This document shows positions 12,757 through 22,311 of a DNA stretch of 64,000 nucleotides, piece after piece. The notes beneath the pieces are model-generated. The model was not told the DNA's origin, made no database searches, and worked only from the letters and a program-made list of their open reading frames with translations. Location of the stretch: assembly GCA_903839975.1 (NCBI GenBank), contig CAIMEH010000013.1, forward strand, positions 15,999 to 79,998, written 5' to 3'. The position numbers and the translations under genes were made by a program. Position 1 is the first letter of the stretch. Each line of letters opens with the position of its first letter. The stretch comes from an uncultured Candidatus Berkelbacteria bacterium. GTDB lineage: Bacteria; Patescibacteriota; UBA1384; 2-12-FULL-50-11.

Positions 12757-12848
12757 ATTTACCCGCGGTGCCTTCATAACATCTCTTACCTCTGATATAC
12801 TGCTTTCAGCACATCGTCCAAGAAATTGGACAAACATATAGGTGGAAT

Positions 12849-13634
12849 ATGAACAACGAACAACTCTTATTGAAAGCGCTCGACATAGTTACTGAAGCGA
12901 CCAACAAGCTTCGACCTTTCTACGGAAACGTGAAGGGTGAGAGAAAAGAACACGCTACGGATTGCGATATGGTTACGGAACTCGATAGGCAAACTGAGCA
13001 GATACTATTTGACGAGCTAACTAAGCTCGATCATGGTATCGGCTTTCGTGGCGAGGAATTTGGCCAGGTCAAAGAAGGTGACCGGTATTGGTCGGCCGAC
13101 CCGATTGACGGTACGGACCCATTTATTAGAGGGTTACCATTTTGCTCAGTTCAATTAGCGCTAATCGAAGAAGGAAAACCAGTTCTCTCGATTATTGACT
13201 GTATCGCTCAATTCCAAACGTTCTACGCCCTAAAGGGCAGTGGCTCTTGGCTTGGCGGCGAACCGATACACGTTAGCGAGCGTTCGCTCGAGAATGGGGC
13301 GATGATCTTTGAGGCAAACCTGCGCAGTAACCCCGAGCATATTGAGCTTCGTCTCAAACTAAGACAGCGAATCTGCTTGATGCAGTTTTGCGCCAGCGGT
13401 TACGAGTTGGCAATGGTGGCGAGCGGGGCGCTAGAGGCCAAGGTCTCGGTTAACGGTTACGGCAAAAGCTGGGATTATGCACCTGGTGCGCTCTTAATCC
13501 AAGAGGCAGGTGGTACGGTCGCAAACATTGGAAAGACCAGTTACGACGTTCAGAACTGCGAGGTGATAATGGCTAATCCCATTGTCTATAAACAACTGAT
13601 AACTGACCAGGACTTACCGTTCGGTGTCAGTTGA
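12849..13634 (+). CDS. Inositol monophosphatase family protein
   Basis: GEE, DPIDGT and WDYAPGALLIQEAGG motifs. Confidence 0.92.
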   Translation: MNNEQLLLKALDIVTEATNKLRPFYGNVKGERKEHATDCDMVTELDRQTEQILFDELTKLDHGIGFRGEEFGQVKEGDRYWSADPIDGTDPFIRGLPFCSVQLALIEEGKPVLSIIDCIAQFQTFYALKGSGSWLGGEPIHVSERSLENGAMIFEANLRSNPEHIELRLKLRQRICLMQFCASGYELAMVASGALEAKVSVNGYGKSWDYAPGALLIQEAGGTVANIGKTSYDVQNCEVIMANPIVYKQLITDQDLPFGVS

Positions 13635-13698
13635 CACACAGGCGCTTCGGCGCCTTTTTCTTTTCGCAAAAAAGCGGAGTAGGCTGGATGTGAGGTGA

Positions 13699-14079
13699 TT
13701 GCACATGTCAGTTGCGGAAAAACTACAAACTGTCGATGAGATGGTGGCCGCAGTTGATATCTGCTGCGCCTACCTTTCTCCCGAAGGAATATTTCTTCAT
13801 CGAACAGGGTTGAAGCAGTTAATCGAGCCGATGTATTGGCTCAATGGGCCAGAAGGCCATTGGCTCGGCTTTGAATGCCAGCGTTCGATGTGGTGGTTCA
13901 AGGCAGCTTTCGGCTATCCGCCGATCTGCTACCAGAAGAAGTTGAATCGTCCGCTTGAGGATGTTTCGTTTTGGAACCCGTTTATCGGGCTCTTCGACCT
14001 GTCTAATCCGGAGGGAATAAATGCTCTTGAGGCATTTGCCAAGAAGTGTGATGTTCCTTTCAAGCTTGTTTACATATAA
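13699..14079 (+). CDS. Hypothetical protein
   Basis: 126-aa ORF with GAGGTG SD; no recognised motif. Confidence 0.55.
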   Translation: MHMSVAEKLQTVDEMVAAVDICCAYLSPEGIFLHRTGLKQLIEPMYWLNGPEGHWLGFECQRSMWWFKAAFGYPPICYQKKLNRPLEDVSFWNPFIGLFDLSNPEGINALEAFAKKCDVPFKLVYI

Positions 14080-14156
14080 CCGTCACGGCTTCTCCGCGGC
14101 GGTTTTCTTTACTGGATAAGTCGAAGGCCTTCCGTGTGAACGGAAGGCCAGGGTCT

Positions 14157-14453
14157 TCAGGCAACTGCTTTTCTGCGGCTATACGTTTGAATCAATTCTC
14201 CGTAAGCCATCGGATTTCTTCTAAGAGATCGAACAACTGCCTCAATTGTCTTCTTGTCGATGACCCAAACGGCCACCGGCACTACGGATACGGGGTAGAG
14301 TAACCGGCGGTCATTCCTACATACTTCACAAACTTCCGTGTCGTTGCAACTAAGATTATGATTCTTAATCGGCAAGAAATATTGTACTGCGTGACCGCAC
14401 AACGTCACAAAACCTCCGGAGCCGTCTGGAATTATCGCATGGATTTTTTCCAC
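14157..14453 (-). CDS. Hypothetical protein with H/C residues that might bind Zn
   Basis: 98-aa ORF, AAGGAG SD; H...TLCG...CEVC. Confidence 0.5.
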   Translation of the reverse strand: MEKIHAIIPDGSGGFVTLCGHAVQYFLPIKNHNLSCNDTEVCEVCRNDRRLLYPVSVVPVAVWVIDKKTIEAVVRSLRRNPMAYGELIQTYSRRKAVA

Positions 14454-14536
14454 AATCTTCTCCTTGTTTTGCTCAAGTTGAGCGTACGCAAATTATATGC
14501 CAATACGGGCAAGTGGGTCAATACGCTATAAGGCTG

Positions 14537-14911
14537 TTAGCGAATCTGGGCGCCGAGGCCAACGTCTTTTTCTGGGTCGGGGTGCAGAGCCACTGGCTGC
14601 TCATCATATTCGGCCGACAAAATCTCGCCGCTTTGCGGCTTGAGTTTTCGTGCTACCGCACTCAAAATCATCCCTTGGCTCTCAATGCCACGAATTACTC
14701 GTGGCTCTAAATTCATTAAAACCGGCATGAGCGTTCCAACCAAAACCGATGGATCGGGATACGAAATAGCCCAGCCGCCGATAATTGTTCGTTTTTCGCT
14801 ACCGAAATCGAACTCAAATTTCAGCAACCGGTCGGTACCTTCAACTTTTTCCACCGACAAAACCTTGCCGATCTTAATCTCTAATTTCGAGAATTCGTCG
14901 TACGTGACCAT
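14537..14911 (-). CDS. tRNA-binding protein (CsaA/Trbp111/MetRS C-terminal OB fold)
   Basis: YDEFSKLEIKIGKV, NLEPRVIRGIESQGMIL. Confidence 0.9.
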   Translation of the reverse strand: MVTYDEFSKLEIKIGKVLSVEKVEGTDRLLKFEFDFGSEKRTIIGGWAISYPDPSVLVGTLMPVLMNLEPRVIRGIESQGMILSAVARKLKPQSGEILSAEYDEQPVALHPDPEKDVGLGAQIR

Positions 14912-15427
14912 TTAAGCAGTTGGTTCGATTATGGGGATTTCAATGGCCAGTTTGTCGAATATTGGCTGGTCCACAACATCCTGAAAAACAACCGCGTTCG
15001 GGGTGATACTTACCAGAAAATGTCGGGGAATAATTCGTTCGTGAAACAAACTTCGAATAACGAAACGAACAATCAAGCCGGTATCGGCGTCGATTAAAAC
15101 ATCGCTAATGCGGCCGATGCGCTTACCGGACTCGGTAGTGGCGGTTACGTTAATTACCCGGCCGTAGTGGTGGTAGATATTGTCCAGATCTTTTAAGTTA
15201 GTTTTTAGGGCGGATTTATCGTGAATTACAATGGCGCGGCGATTTGAGCTGGCAATGTCTCGCCACTCCAGGCCAAAGAATTTTTTCACTACTCCGCTTT
15301 TTGCGACTTGCAGCCCGACTGCTTGGCCGATCTTGCCGTCGTACACCAGGAAATCAATAACGCCATATTCGGTACCGGAGCTATCAACAACCGGCAGCCC
15401 CTTACAATGGGTCGCTTCTATGATCAT
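14912..15427 (-). CDS. PRC-barrel domain protein (two barrels)
   Basis: GLPVVDSSG and TESGKRIGRISDVLID; start placed at ATG 15427. Confidence 0.8.
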   Translation of the reverse strand: MIIEATHCKGLPVVDSSGTEYGVIDFLVYDGKIGQAVGLQVAKSGVVKKFFGLEWRDIASSNRRAIVIHDKSALKTNLKDLDNIYHHYGRVINVTATTESGKRIGRISDVLIDADTGLIVRFVIRSLFHERIIPRHFLVSITPNAVVFQDVVDQPIFDKLAIEIPIIEPTA

Positions 15428-15464
15428 GCTATTACAGTACCAAATTCCCCTAGTTATCTCTACG

Positions 15465-15630
15465 TTAGAGTCTACTAACAATCCTTTCAGATAGCTGCAA
15501 ACTGTAAATTTTGGCTGCAAAACTCGAGTTGCTCGTCAAGGTAGGCCAGCTATCCCTCCTCGCAAACTCGAATTTTTCGCACAAAATTTCCTTGTTTTCG
15601 CATCAAGAAAAGATTATTACTAGGCTCTTA
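15465..15630. mobile_element. MITE-like long imperfect hairpin
   Basis: Ends TTAGAGTCTACTAACAATCCTTTC and revcomp TAAGAGCCTAGTAATAATCTTTTC are imperfect inverted repeats; inner stem 15506-15532 pairs with 15562-15589. Confidence 0.45.
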
Positions 15631-15654
15631 AAAATGCTATGGTAGTCTGGAGGG

Positions 15655-17571
15655 ATGAATTTTAATCTTAAAAAAATTCGGAAGTACATCAAACTAAATG
15701 CCGCTGCGACGATTGTTAGCGCGGTTATCTTGCTAGTAGTCGGAACTTTCCTGATTTGGGTTGTTGGAAGTTATCTAGCTGGTTTGAATTCTAGTACCGG
15801 CCCTGGCGTAACAGCATCATTAAGTGCTTCCGATCATGACTCTAGCTGTAAGCCATTGGATACTGCTGCGGCCAATCCATCCTATCCTGACTGCCCTTCA
15901 CCGACTCAACTAACGTTAAATGGTACCAATATTACAATCCCACGGTTTCAAGGTGGGTTGAGCTATCTTGGCGGTAGTGGTGGTGGAACAACATCAGATC
16001 TACTTACTAAAAATTTGGTCTGGGCCTGGAATATTCCAACTTTCGATTATCACAACACCAGTACTCAGTGGGGATCAACCTTCCCGCTTGATATTGATGC
16101 CCAGAACGACATTACCAATGCCAAGAAAGCAGGTGTCGATGGTTTTGTAATCGATACGCTACCGGATATGAACAATATGCTTAAAGCCGTTAACTCTACT
16201 ACCGACGCAGCCGGCTTCTATGTTGCTCCGTCAATTAACTTTGGGGCGTCAACCAACCCTTATTATTCACCTTCTGCGACGCCAGACTATAACAAAACGC
16301 AAAGTGGCTACATTGCTTACGGAAACCAATACTGCAGTGCTGCTGCCGGTCACTCATCGGCCGCCAAAGTTGGTGATAAGCTAGTTGTTTTTGCCTACAG
16401 TGATCCTGCCGACAGAACTAACGCAGCCGCCTACTCGGCTGCCTGGACATCAATTAAGGCTGGAATCAGCTGCCCAATTTACTGGGTCGGAAAGCTAAAT
16501 GCTGGCAGAACCGTTGACTTAACTCAAACTGCTGCACAGATAAATACCAGCGTCTCTCAGGTAATTCCGTACGTTGATGCTGGTTATAATTTCGAGAATA
16601 CAAGTGTTGCCTACTGGTCAACAATTATCAGCGATATGGGCGGCAAGCCGTTTTTTGGTGGCTCGATGCCAGGGTATTATCGCAGCTCCGGAAATGGCAT
16701 CGACGAGCTCACTGACTCGGCTGGAATCCAGAACTACATCAGCTCTTGGAATGCGATTATTGCCAACAAGGCTAATGGCCCATGGACGATTATCTCTTCC
16801 TGGAACGATTTTACCGAGCACACTAATATCGATCCAGACTCAGATCTTGGAACCCTGAGAAGTGATTTTACGGCTTGGTACTCGGCTAAATTCAAAGGGG
16901 TAGCTACGTCATTTGCCACACCACAGCTTTATGCAATTACACCACAGGCGCTTTATCTTGGACAAAGTAGTTTTACTTATGCCCAAGTAATTAACCCAAC
17001 GAGTAGTCCAGTAGTCATACACCTCTCTTATATTGATAGAAACGGAAAAATTATTGGCGGTGGCTCAAGTGGCACGATACCTGCTAACAGTGTCGGAGGA
17101 ATTGCTAGATCGATGAATTATGCATCCTCTCCTTCGGGTAACTACGTTAGAACAAGAGTATCGATGGACGCGCCGTACACATTGTCAGTCACGGGTGCTC
17201 CAACGCTTGTCTATCCAGCTAGTAAGCCAGCTGGCTATAACACAGCTGCGTTGTATTATTCTGTTGGCGCTGCCCACGCCTTGTCTGGTTCGCCAACGGC
17301 GGTTGTTGTCGGTACCACAGCCACTCCAACCAAGGCTAGCGGCACGACGGTACGTTTCTTAAGTACTCTTCACGACCAGAACCTACTAGGCTTATTAAGC
17401 AAGAGCGCTAACTCGCCGTACTCTGTTTCTCCACTTGCGATTGGCGCTGGTTCACAGACAAACAATAACGGCTACGAAATTACTAATAGTCTTAATTTTC
17501 ACCTTTATGTTGCCAGGGAAATTGATAGCAATAATAATATTGGTTATAGTACCCCAATAATTGGTCCGTAA
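15655..17571 (+). CDS. Membrane-anchored glycoside hydrolase, GH71/GH99-like
   Basis: N-terminal TM; DITNAKKAGVDGFVID and ISSWNDFTEHTNIDP resemble GH71/GH99 motifs. Confidence 0.7.
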   Translation: MNFNLKKIRKYIKLNAAATIVSAVILLVVGTFLIWVVGSYLAGLNSSTGPGVTASLSASDHDSSCKPLDTAAANPSYPDCPSPTQLTLNGTNITIPRFQGGLSYLGGSGGGTTSDLLTKNLVWAWNIPTFDYHNTSTQWGSTFPLDIDAQNDITNAKKAGVDGFVIDTLPDMNNMLKAVNSTTDAAGFYVAPSINFGASTNPYYSPSATPDYNKTQSGYIAYGNQYCSAAAGHSSAAKVGDKLVVFAYSDPADRTNAAAYSAAWTSIKAGISCPIYWVGKLNAGRTVDLTQTAAQINTSVSQVIPYVDAGYNFENTSVAYWSTIISDMGGKPFFGGSMPGYYRSSGNGIDELTDSAGIQNYISSWNAIIANKANGPWTIISSWNDFTEHTNIDPDSDLGTLRSDFTAWYSAKFKGVATSFATPQLYAITPQALYLGQSSFTYAQVINPTSSPVVIHLSYIDRNGKIIGGGSSGTIPANSVGGIARSMNYASSPSGNYVRTRVSMDAPYTLSVTGAPTLVYPASKPAGYNTAALYYSVGAAHALSGSPTAVVVGTTATPTKASGTTVRFLSTLHDQNLLGLLSKSANSPYSVSPLAIGAGSQTNNNGYEITNSLNFHLYVAREIDSNNNIGYSTPIIGP

Positions 17572-17574
17572 AAT

Positions 17575-18132
17575 TTAGTGCGAGACGCGGGAAGTGTATT
17601 CGGCGGTATCTGTATTAATCTGAATAACGTCGCCTTCTTTAATGAACAGTGGCACGTTTATCTCGGCGCCGGTTTCTAACTTGGCTGGTTTTAGAACTGA
17701 ACTAGCTGTATTGCCTTTAAAGCCTGGTTCGGTGTAAACAACCTTTAACTCAACTTTTTTCGGTAGGTTAACGTCTATTGGTTGGTCTTTCCACATCATA
17801 AGGTCGACGTTCTCGCCTTCTTTGAGGAAACGAACTCGGTTTTCCGGTAATTTTAGGGAAACTGTCTCGAAAGTGTCGTTGGTCATAAAGTAAGCTTCGC
17901 CCGCTTCAAGATACAGATACTGAGTTTGTTTGTAGCTGATGTCAGCCTCATCGAGGCGTTCGTTGCCGGCAAAAGTGTAGTCGTAAACCGAACCATCAAG
18001 CAGATTGCGCAATTTGGTCACCAATTTGGCGCCGCCACGACCCATCTTCAGATGATCGGCAGCAACAACGACGTGAGGTGATTCACGGAAGATTATTTTA
18101 TCACCTGGTCTGACTTCTCCTAGGTTCAGCAT
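17575..18132 (-). CDS. efp: Elongation factor P
   Basis: KMGRGGA loop (Arg at the tip), TEPGFKGNTA, LETGAEINVPLFI. Confidence 0.97.
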   Translation of the reverse strand: MLNLGEVRPGDKIIFRESPHVVVAADHLKMGRGGAKLVTKLRNLLDGSVYDYTFAGNERLDEADISYKQTQYLYLEAGEAYFMTNDTFETVSLKLPENRVRFLKEGENVDLMMWKDQPIDVNLPKKVELKVVYTEPGFKGNTASSVLKPAKLETGAEINVPLFIKEGDVIQINTDTAEYTSRVSH

Positions 18133-18233
18133 TGTTTGTTCGAATATATTATATTATCCGATAAAATACTTACATCGATTAAATTCGAGCAAGTAATCTT
18201 GTCGCCGGGGCGAACTTCACCTAAATTTAACAT
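18126..18233 (-). pseudogene. Displaced duplicate of the efp 5' end (35-aa upstream ORF)
   Basis: Encodes MLNLGEVRPGDKITCSNLIDVSILSDNIIYSNKQC*; the first 13 aa match EF-P exactly but 11 of 13 codons differ synonymously. Confidence 0.8.
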
Positions 18234-18235
18234 TC

Positions 18236-18448
18236 TTAACCTCTTTTAGCGTAAGGCAGCAAACCTAGGAATCTTGCGCGTTTAATAGCAACGCCGAGCT
18301 GACGCTGGTACTTGGTTGAAGTATTGGTGTCTTTGGCGCTCTTAATCTTGCCCCAGCTGGTCAAATAGCGACCCAAAAGAGCGGTATCGCGGTAGTCGAT
18401 TTCTTTGATCTGGTTTTTCGTAAAGTAACAGTCAACTTTTCTTTTCAT
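18236..18448 (-). CDS. rpsR: 30S ribosomal protein S18
   Basis: IDYRD...KYQRQLGVAIKRARFLGLLPY. Confidence 0.96.
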   Translation of the reverse strand: MKRKVDCYFTKNQIKEIDYRDTALLGRYLTSWGKIKSAKDTNTSTKYQRQLGVAIKRARFLGLLPYAKRG

Positions 18449-18450
18449 GT

Positions 18451-18918
18451 TTAGAATGGAATGTCGTCTAGGTTAATCTCGTCGGTGGTTGTTTCGGTCT
18501 CCGACTTCTTGGTTTCTTTTTTGCTTGGTTTCTCGTGATCAGCTCCTTCGGTGATGGCAGAGGCAACGTCAAACGAGTTGGCGCCGTCTTTTGGTGCTAG
18601 GGCGATAAAGTTATCAGCTACGATCTCGGTTCGCTGACGCTTAGCGCCATCGGTACCTTCCCAGCTACGAGTCTGCAAACGGCCTTCGATGTAAACTTTT
18701 TTACCCTTTGAAAGCGAGCTAGCAGCCCATTCGCCTGGTTTGCCCCAGATACTAATCTCGTGATACTCGGTTGAATCCTGAGTATTGCCGTCTTTGTCTT
18801 TCCAACGGCGGTTAGTAGCTACGGCAAACGAACAAACGGTCTGACCACTTGGTAAGCTGCGAATCTCTGGATCGCGGGTCAAGTTACCAATAATTTCGGC
18901 GCGGTTTAAACTAAACAT
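18451..18918 (-). CDS. ssb: Single-stranded DNA-binding protein
   Basis: LNRAEIIGNLTRDPE, DDIPF tail; start placed at ATG 18918. Confidence 0.97.
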   Translation of the reverse strand: MFSLNRAEIIGNLTRDPEIRSLPSGQTVCSFAVATNRRWKDKDGNTQDSTEYHEISIWGKPGEWAASSLSKGKKVYIEGRLQTRSWEGTDGAKRQRTEIVADNFIALAPKDGANSFDVASAITEGADHEKPSKKETKKSETETTTDEINLDDIPF

Positions 18919-19279
18919 TCTTCTCGTCCTTGTCGTACTTTTTGCGAGGTCGGTTCTGGCGCTGTTCCATGTCACCCTTCCAATCGGTTAAAAGGAAACG
19001 CAACACTTCTTCTTCGTGATGTAGGCCTTTTTCTATCTTGCCAACTTCAGATGGGTCGGTCGTAAAGAAAATAGAGATTAAAATTAGCTCGTGATGTTTT
19101 TTAACTGGGAAAGATAGAGTCTTTGGACCGAGGCTCTCAGATTTTTTAATTTTAACGTCGAATTTCTTAAGATACTCAACAATACCATCAAGCTCAGCTT
19201 CGTTCTTGATTAAAGCCGACAAAAGATACAGCTGCTCTGCCTTTGTTGGTGTTTCAGTAATTTCTTTTATCTCTGACAT
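18911..19279 (-). CDS. rpsF: 30S ribosomal protein S6
   Basis: LGPKTLSFPVKK and VLRFLL motifs; position in the rpsF-ssb-rpsR operon. Confidence 0.85.
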   Translation of the reverse strand: MSEIKEITETPTKAEQLYLLSALIKNEAELDGIVEYLKKFDVKIKKSESLGPKTLSFPVKKHHELILISIFFTTDPSEVGKIEKGLHHEEEVLRFLLTDWKGDMEQRQNRPRKKYDKDEKNV

Positions 19280-19322
19280 TCAAGGGATAGTATACCGTAC
19301 TTTGGCATATCCTTTCAAGGGG

Positions 19323-20228
19323 TTAATTACTAGCTTTGTCGTGGAATTTTTTGTGGACTTCCCGGAGGGATTTGTCGGTGATGTGGGTATAGACTTGGGT
19401 GGTAGCAATCGAGCTGTGGCCAAGTAAGGCCTGAACCGAACGAAGATCCGCACCGTTGCGTAAAAGGTCGGTAGCGAAGCTGTGACGCAGCTTGTGGGGG
19501 CTGATGGGCTTGGTGATACCAGCTGCGCGAGCATATTTATTAAGCATTCGCTGAATTGAACGTGCCGATAGGGGATTCTTCTTGTTATCTAGCTCGGGGT
19601 TGGTGAAGTGGCGGATAAATAAATACGGGTTCACGTCTTGGCGAACATCGATATAATCACCCAAATCCTCGATAGCTTCTTCTGTTAAGAAAACTGGCCG
19701 GACTTTACCGCCCTTGCCTTTAACCGAGAACTCGCCGGAGACAACGCTAACTTGGTTGCGTTTTAATTCTGTTAGCTCGCTGATACGCAAACCGGTGGAA
19801 TAAAGCATGCTATATATGGCTCGGTCACGCAGTCCTGACAGGTCACCGATTGGAATGGCGGTTCTAATCTGGGCAACTTCTTCCGGTTCCAGGAAGCTAA
19901 CTTGGCGGCCACGAGTTTTGCTCAGGGTAATTTTTTCTGGCGACATCACTTCGACGTCACGGTTGATTAAGTATTTCAGCAATGCACGGATAGCAATTAA
20001 ATAATAGTTTTGAGTCGATTTGCTTTTTCCCACCTCGTAAAGTTTTTCTATCTGAAAATCGACAATATCTTCGGCAGTTACTTGCTCAATATCAGTTATC
20101 TTTTTCTCTTCGGTCCAGTTCTCAAAAAGTGTCAGGTAGGTGGTGTAGTTGCGAACGGTGTTGGGCGAGTAGCCTTTAGAAACGACGCAGTACTTTAAGA
20201 ATTCTTTTATTGCTCTTTTTGTAGTCAT
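19323..20228 (-). CDS. Xer-family tyrosine recombinase
   Basis: TGLRISE, GKGGKVR, HKLRHSFAT, LLGHSSIATTQVY; start placed at ATG 20228. Confidence 0.93.
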   Translation of the reverse strand: MTTKRAIKEFLKYCVVSKGYSPNTVRNYTTYLTLFENWTEEKKITDIEQVTAEDIVDFQIEKLYEVGKSKSTQNYYLIAIRALLKYLINRDVEVMSPEKITLSKTRGRQVSFLEPEEVAQIRTAIPIGDLSGLRDRAIYSMLYSTGLRISELTELKRNQVSVVSGEFSVKGKGGKVRPVFLTEEAIEDLGDYIDVRQDVNPYLFIRHFTNPELDNKKNPLSARSIQRMLNKYARAAGITKPISPHKLRHSFATDLLRNGADLRSVQALLGHSSIATTQVYTHITDKSLREVHKKFHDKASN

Positions 20229-20280
20229 TGTTATATAACTCCGGTATACTTTAACACGAATTAAGATACTATTTTTTTGT

Positions 20281-20883
20281 ATGCCAAAAACCAATATAGA
20301 CTGGAAAAACGACCTAGCCGAGACAATCTCGGTGTTGGCGAACCCAGCACTAGTTATGCTCGGCGGGCTGGTGCTAATTATCTATCATTTTGCCCCTAGT
20401 ACCGACAAATTTTGGCACTGGTTGCTGATCAGTGGATTGCTTTTATTTATCCCCAGCTCACTTTACTTGGCCTATACCTGGAAAAAAGAAGACCAGATTG
20501 ATATCGATGTTTCAAAACGTCAGGACAGGTTTGTGCCGATGATGCTAATGACTTTAGGCGCGATTGTGGGGGGTTTTATGGTTCAGAGACGATTGGATAA
20601 TGAAACTATAACGGCTTTAAGTTTTACTCTTGCAGCTTTATTGATGGTTCTGACCATTACTACTTTTGTCTGGAAGATAAGTTTACACGCCGCTAGCCTG
20701 GCCACGACTGTTAGTTTGCTTGTGGCCTTCGGTGGTGCAAATTACGCTTGGCTGTATTTAGTGCTAATACCGGTAGTTTGGGCGCGCTTAACTTTAAATA
20801 AACATACGCCGGCACAGGTAACTGGCGGAACTTTGGTTGGAATAATTATCACCTTCTTGGGTGTAGGATTTTTCAAAGGATAA
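20281..20883 (+). CDS. PAP2-like integral membrane protein
   Basis: Multiple TM helices; KISLH and WARLTLNKHTPAQV. Confidence 0.75.
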   Translation: MPKTNIDWKNDLAETISVLANPALVMLGGLVLIIYHFAPSTDKFWHWLLISGLLLFIPSSLYLAYTWKKEDQIDIDVSKRQDRFVPMMLMTLGAIVGGFMVQRRLDNETITALSFTLAALLMVLTITTFVWKISLHAASLATTVSLLVAFGGANYAWLYLVLIPVVWARLTLNKHTPAQVTGGTLVGIIITFLGVGFFKG

Positions 20884-20939
20884 GTGTGCGCTAAACGCAC
20901 TAAAGAACTGACGACACAAATTCTGCACGTCGATACTTC

Positions 20940-21005
20940 GACAGAATTAACTGTTTTTTGACCGGGCTCGTTACACTCCAAGTCTACAAAACAGTTAATT
21001 CTGTC
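20940..21005. repeat. 18-bp inverted repeat between convergent genes
   Basis: GACAGAATTAACTGTTTT ... AAAACAGTTAATTCTGTC with a ~30-nt loop. Confidence 0.7.
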
Positions 21006-21026
21006 TTGTAATCTTTACGACACAAA

Positions 21027-22181
21027 CTATATCTCAATGTCTTGAACTACTGGGGCGGCTGGCTTTGGCGCGTCGGCCGGAGCAACTGGTGTTGAAGTCG
21101 GTATCTTTGGTGCTGGTTCGGCTAATGGCTCAACTTTTTTTATAGAATCCATTGGTTCACCTGGCTCAGTGACAGTCTTTGGTGGTTCATCAAAAGGAAT
21201 GGTGATGTGATTTTCTGGTGGTGGTGGCAAATCTACCTTTTTTTCTGCCATTGGTGCTGGCGGAGGTGGTGGTGGCAACGGAACATCAACTTTTGGTACT
21301 ACTGGCGTAGGCGAAGAAGTAACAGGTGGTGGTGGAGGTGGCAAAATCGGTTTTGGTGCGGAATCAAAAGCCGGTGGGGCTGGTGGCGGCGGAGGTGCTG
21401 GAGTAAAACTTGGAGCTGGTGGGGTTGAAGGCGAAGAGATGGGGAACATTGGCTTAGCAATTGGAGCAGGTGGCACTGGCAACGGTGGAGCAACTGGCAA
21501 CGGTGGTGGGGTTGGTCGTGGTGGCGTAACCGGCGGCATTGGCAACGGTGGCGTTGGTGTAACTGGCGCAGCTACTGGTGGTGGCGTTGGGTTCGTGAAC
21601 TGAGTTGATGGAGTGCTATTAATTGCTAGCGGCTCGGATTTTGGTGGCATGATTGGCCATGGATTAACTGTCCGTGGCGCTGCCGATGGTGGCGGTGTCG
21701 TGTTAGACGGCGCGCTCATCCACGAAGGATCTACCATTGGTTTTACAAACGGTGCTGGATTAGTCGGGGCAGATACAGGTTTAGGTGTAAAAGTTGGCTG
21801 AGTTGGTGCTACTGGTTTTGTTGGAAATGGCACAACTGGCGGCGAAAAAGGCTTGGCGTCAAAAGATGGTAGATCAATCTTTGGCGTTGGCACAGACGTT
21901 TTTGGCACGCTAAAACTTTCAACTTTTGGCAAGTCTACGTAATGAATTTCGGATTTTTCCTCTTTTTTCGTTTCGTGAATTTGTGGGGTTGTGGAGCTGG
22001 TTGGTTTCTCGCCCATAATCTCGGCGAGGTAATTTATATTAATAAGTGCGATAGCTGGCTTGCCGCCCTTGGTTAGGACGTACATACCATCTTTCTGGTT
22101 CTCGATGTCGGCAACTATACGGCTAAAATTATCACGGGCGTCCGTGAGTGGCACGATTCTGTCTATCGGAACATTAATCAT
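21027..22181 (-). CDS. Phd/YefM-like N-terminal domain fused to a long proline-rich tail
   Basis: IVPLTDARDNFSRIV...VLTKGGKPAIALIN, then about 300 aa rich in Pro with runs of up to 6 Pro. Confidence 0.8.
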   Translation of the reverse strand: MINVPIDRIVPLTDARDNFSRIVADIENQKDGMYVLTKGGKPAIALININYLAEIMGEKPTSSTTPQIHETKKEEKSEIHYVDLPKVESFSVPKTSVPTPKIDLPSFDAKPFSPPVVPFPTKPVAPTQPTFTPKPVSAPTNPAPFVKPMVDPSWMSAPSNTTPPPSAAPRTVNPWPIMPPKSEPLAINSTPSTQFTNPTPPPVAAPVTPTPPLPMPPVTPPRPTPPPLPVAPPLPVPPAPIAKPMFPISSPSTPPAPSFTPAPPPPPAPPAFDSAPKPILPPPPPPVTSSPTPVVPKVDVPLPPPPPPAPMAEKKVDLPPPPENHITIPFDEPPKTVTEPGEPMDSIKKVEPLAEPAPKIPTSTPVAPADAPKPAAPVVQDIEI

Positions 22182-22311
22182 TAATATCTTCTCCCCTCTA
22201 TAAAATAGACTAAAGAGTGTGGGTGGTACTGTCAATGTTTACTAAAAATAGCGCCATTTGGCAGATATTTGTCGCCCTTGCTCGTGGCCGTCATTAGGTT
22301 AGAATGTGACC

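Noticed and set aside
19323..20228. Tyrosine recombinase as a prophage or island integrase
   Set aside because: It lies among housekeeping genes with no phage genes or att repeats; it fits a chromosomal Xer.
21207..21801. Trp/Arg-rich and His/Leu-rich short ORFs
   Set aside because: Shadow frames of the polyproline-coding gene.
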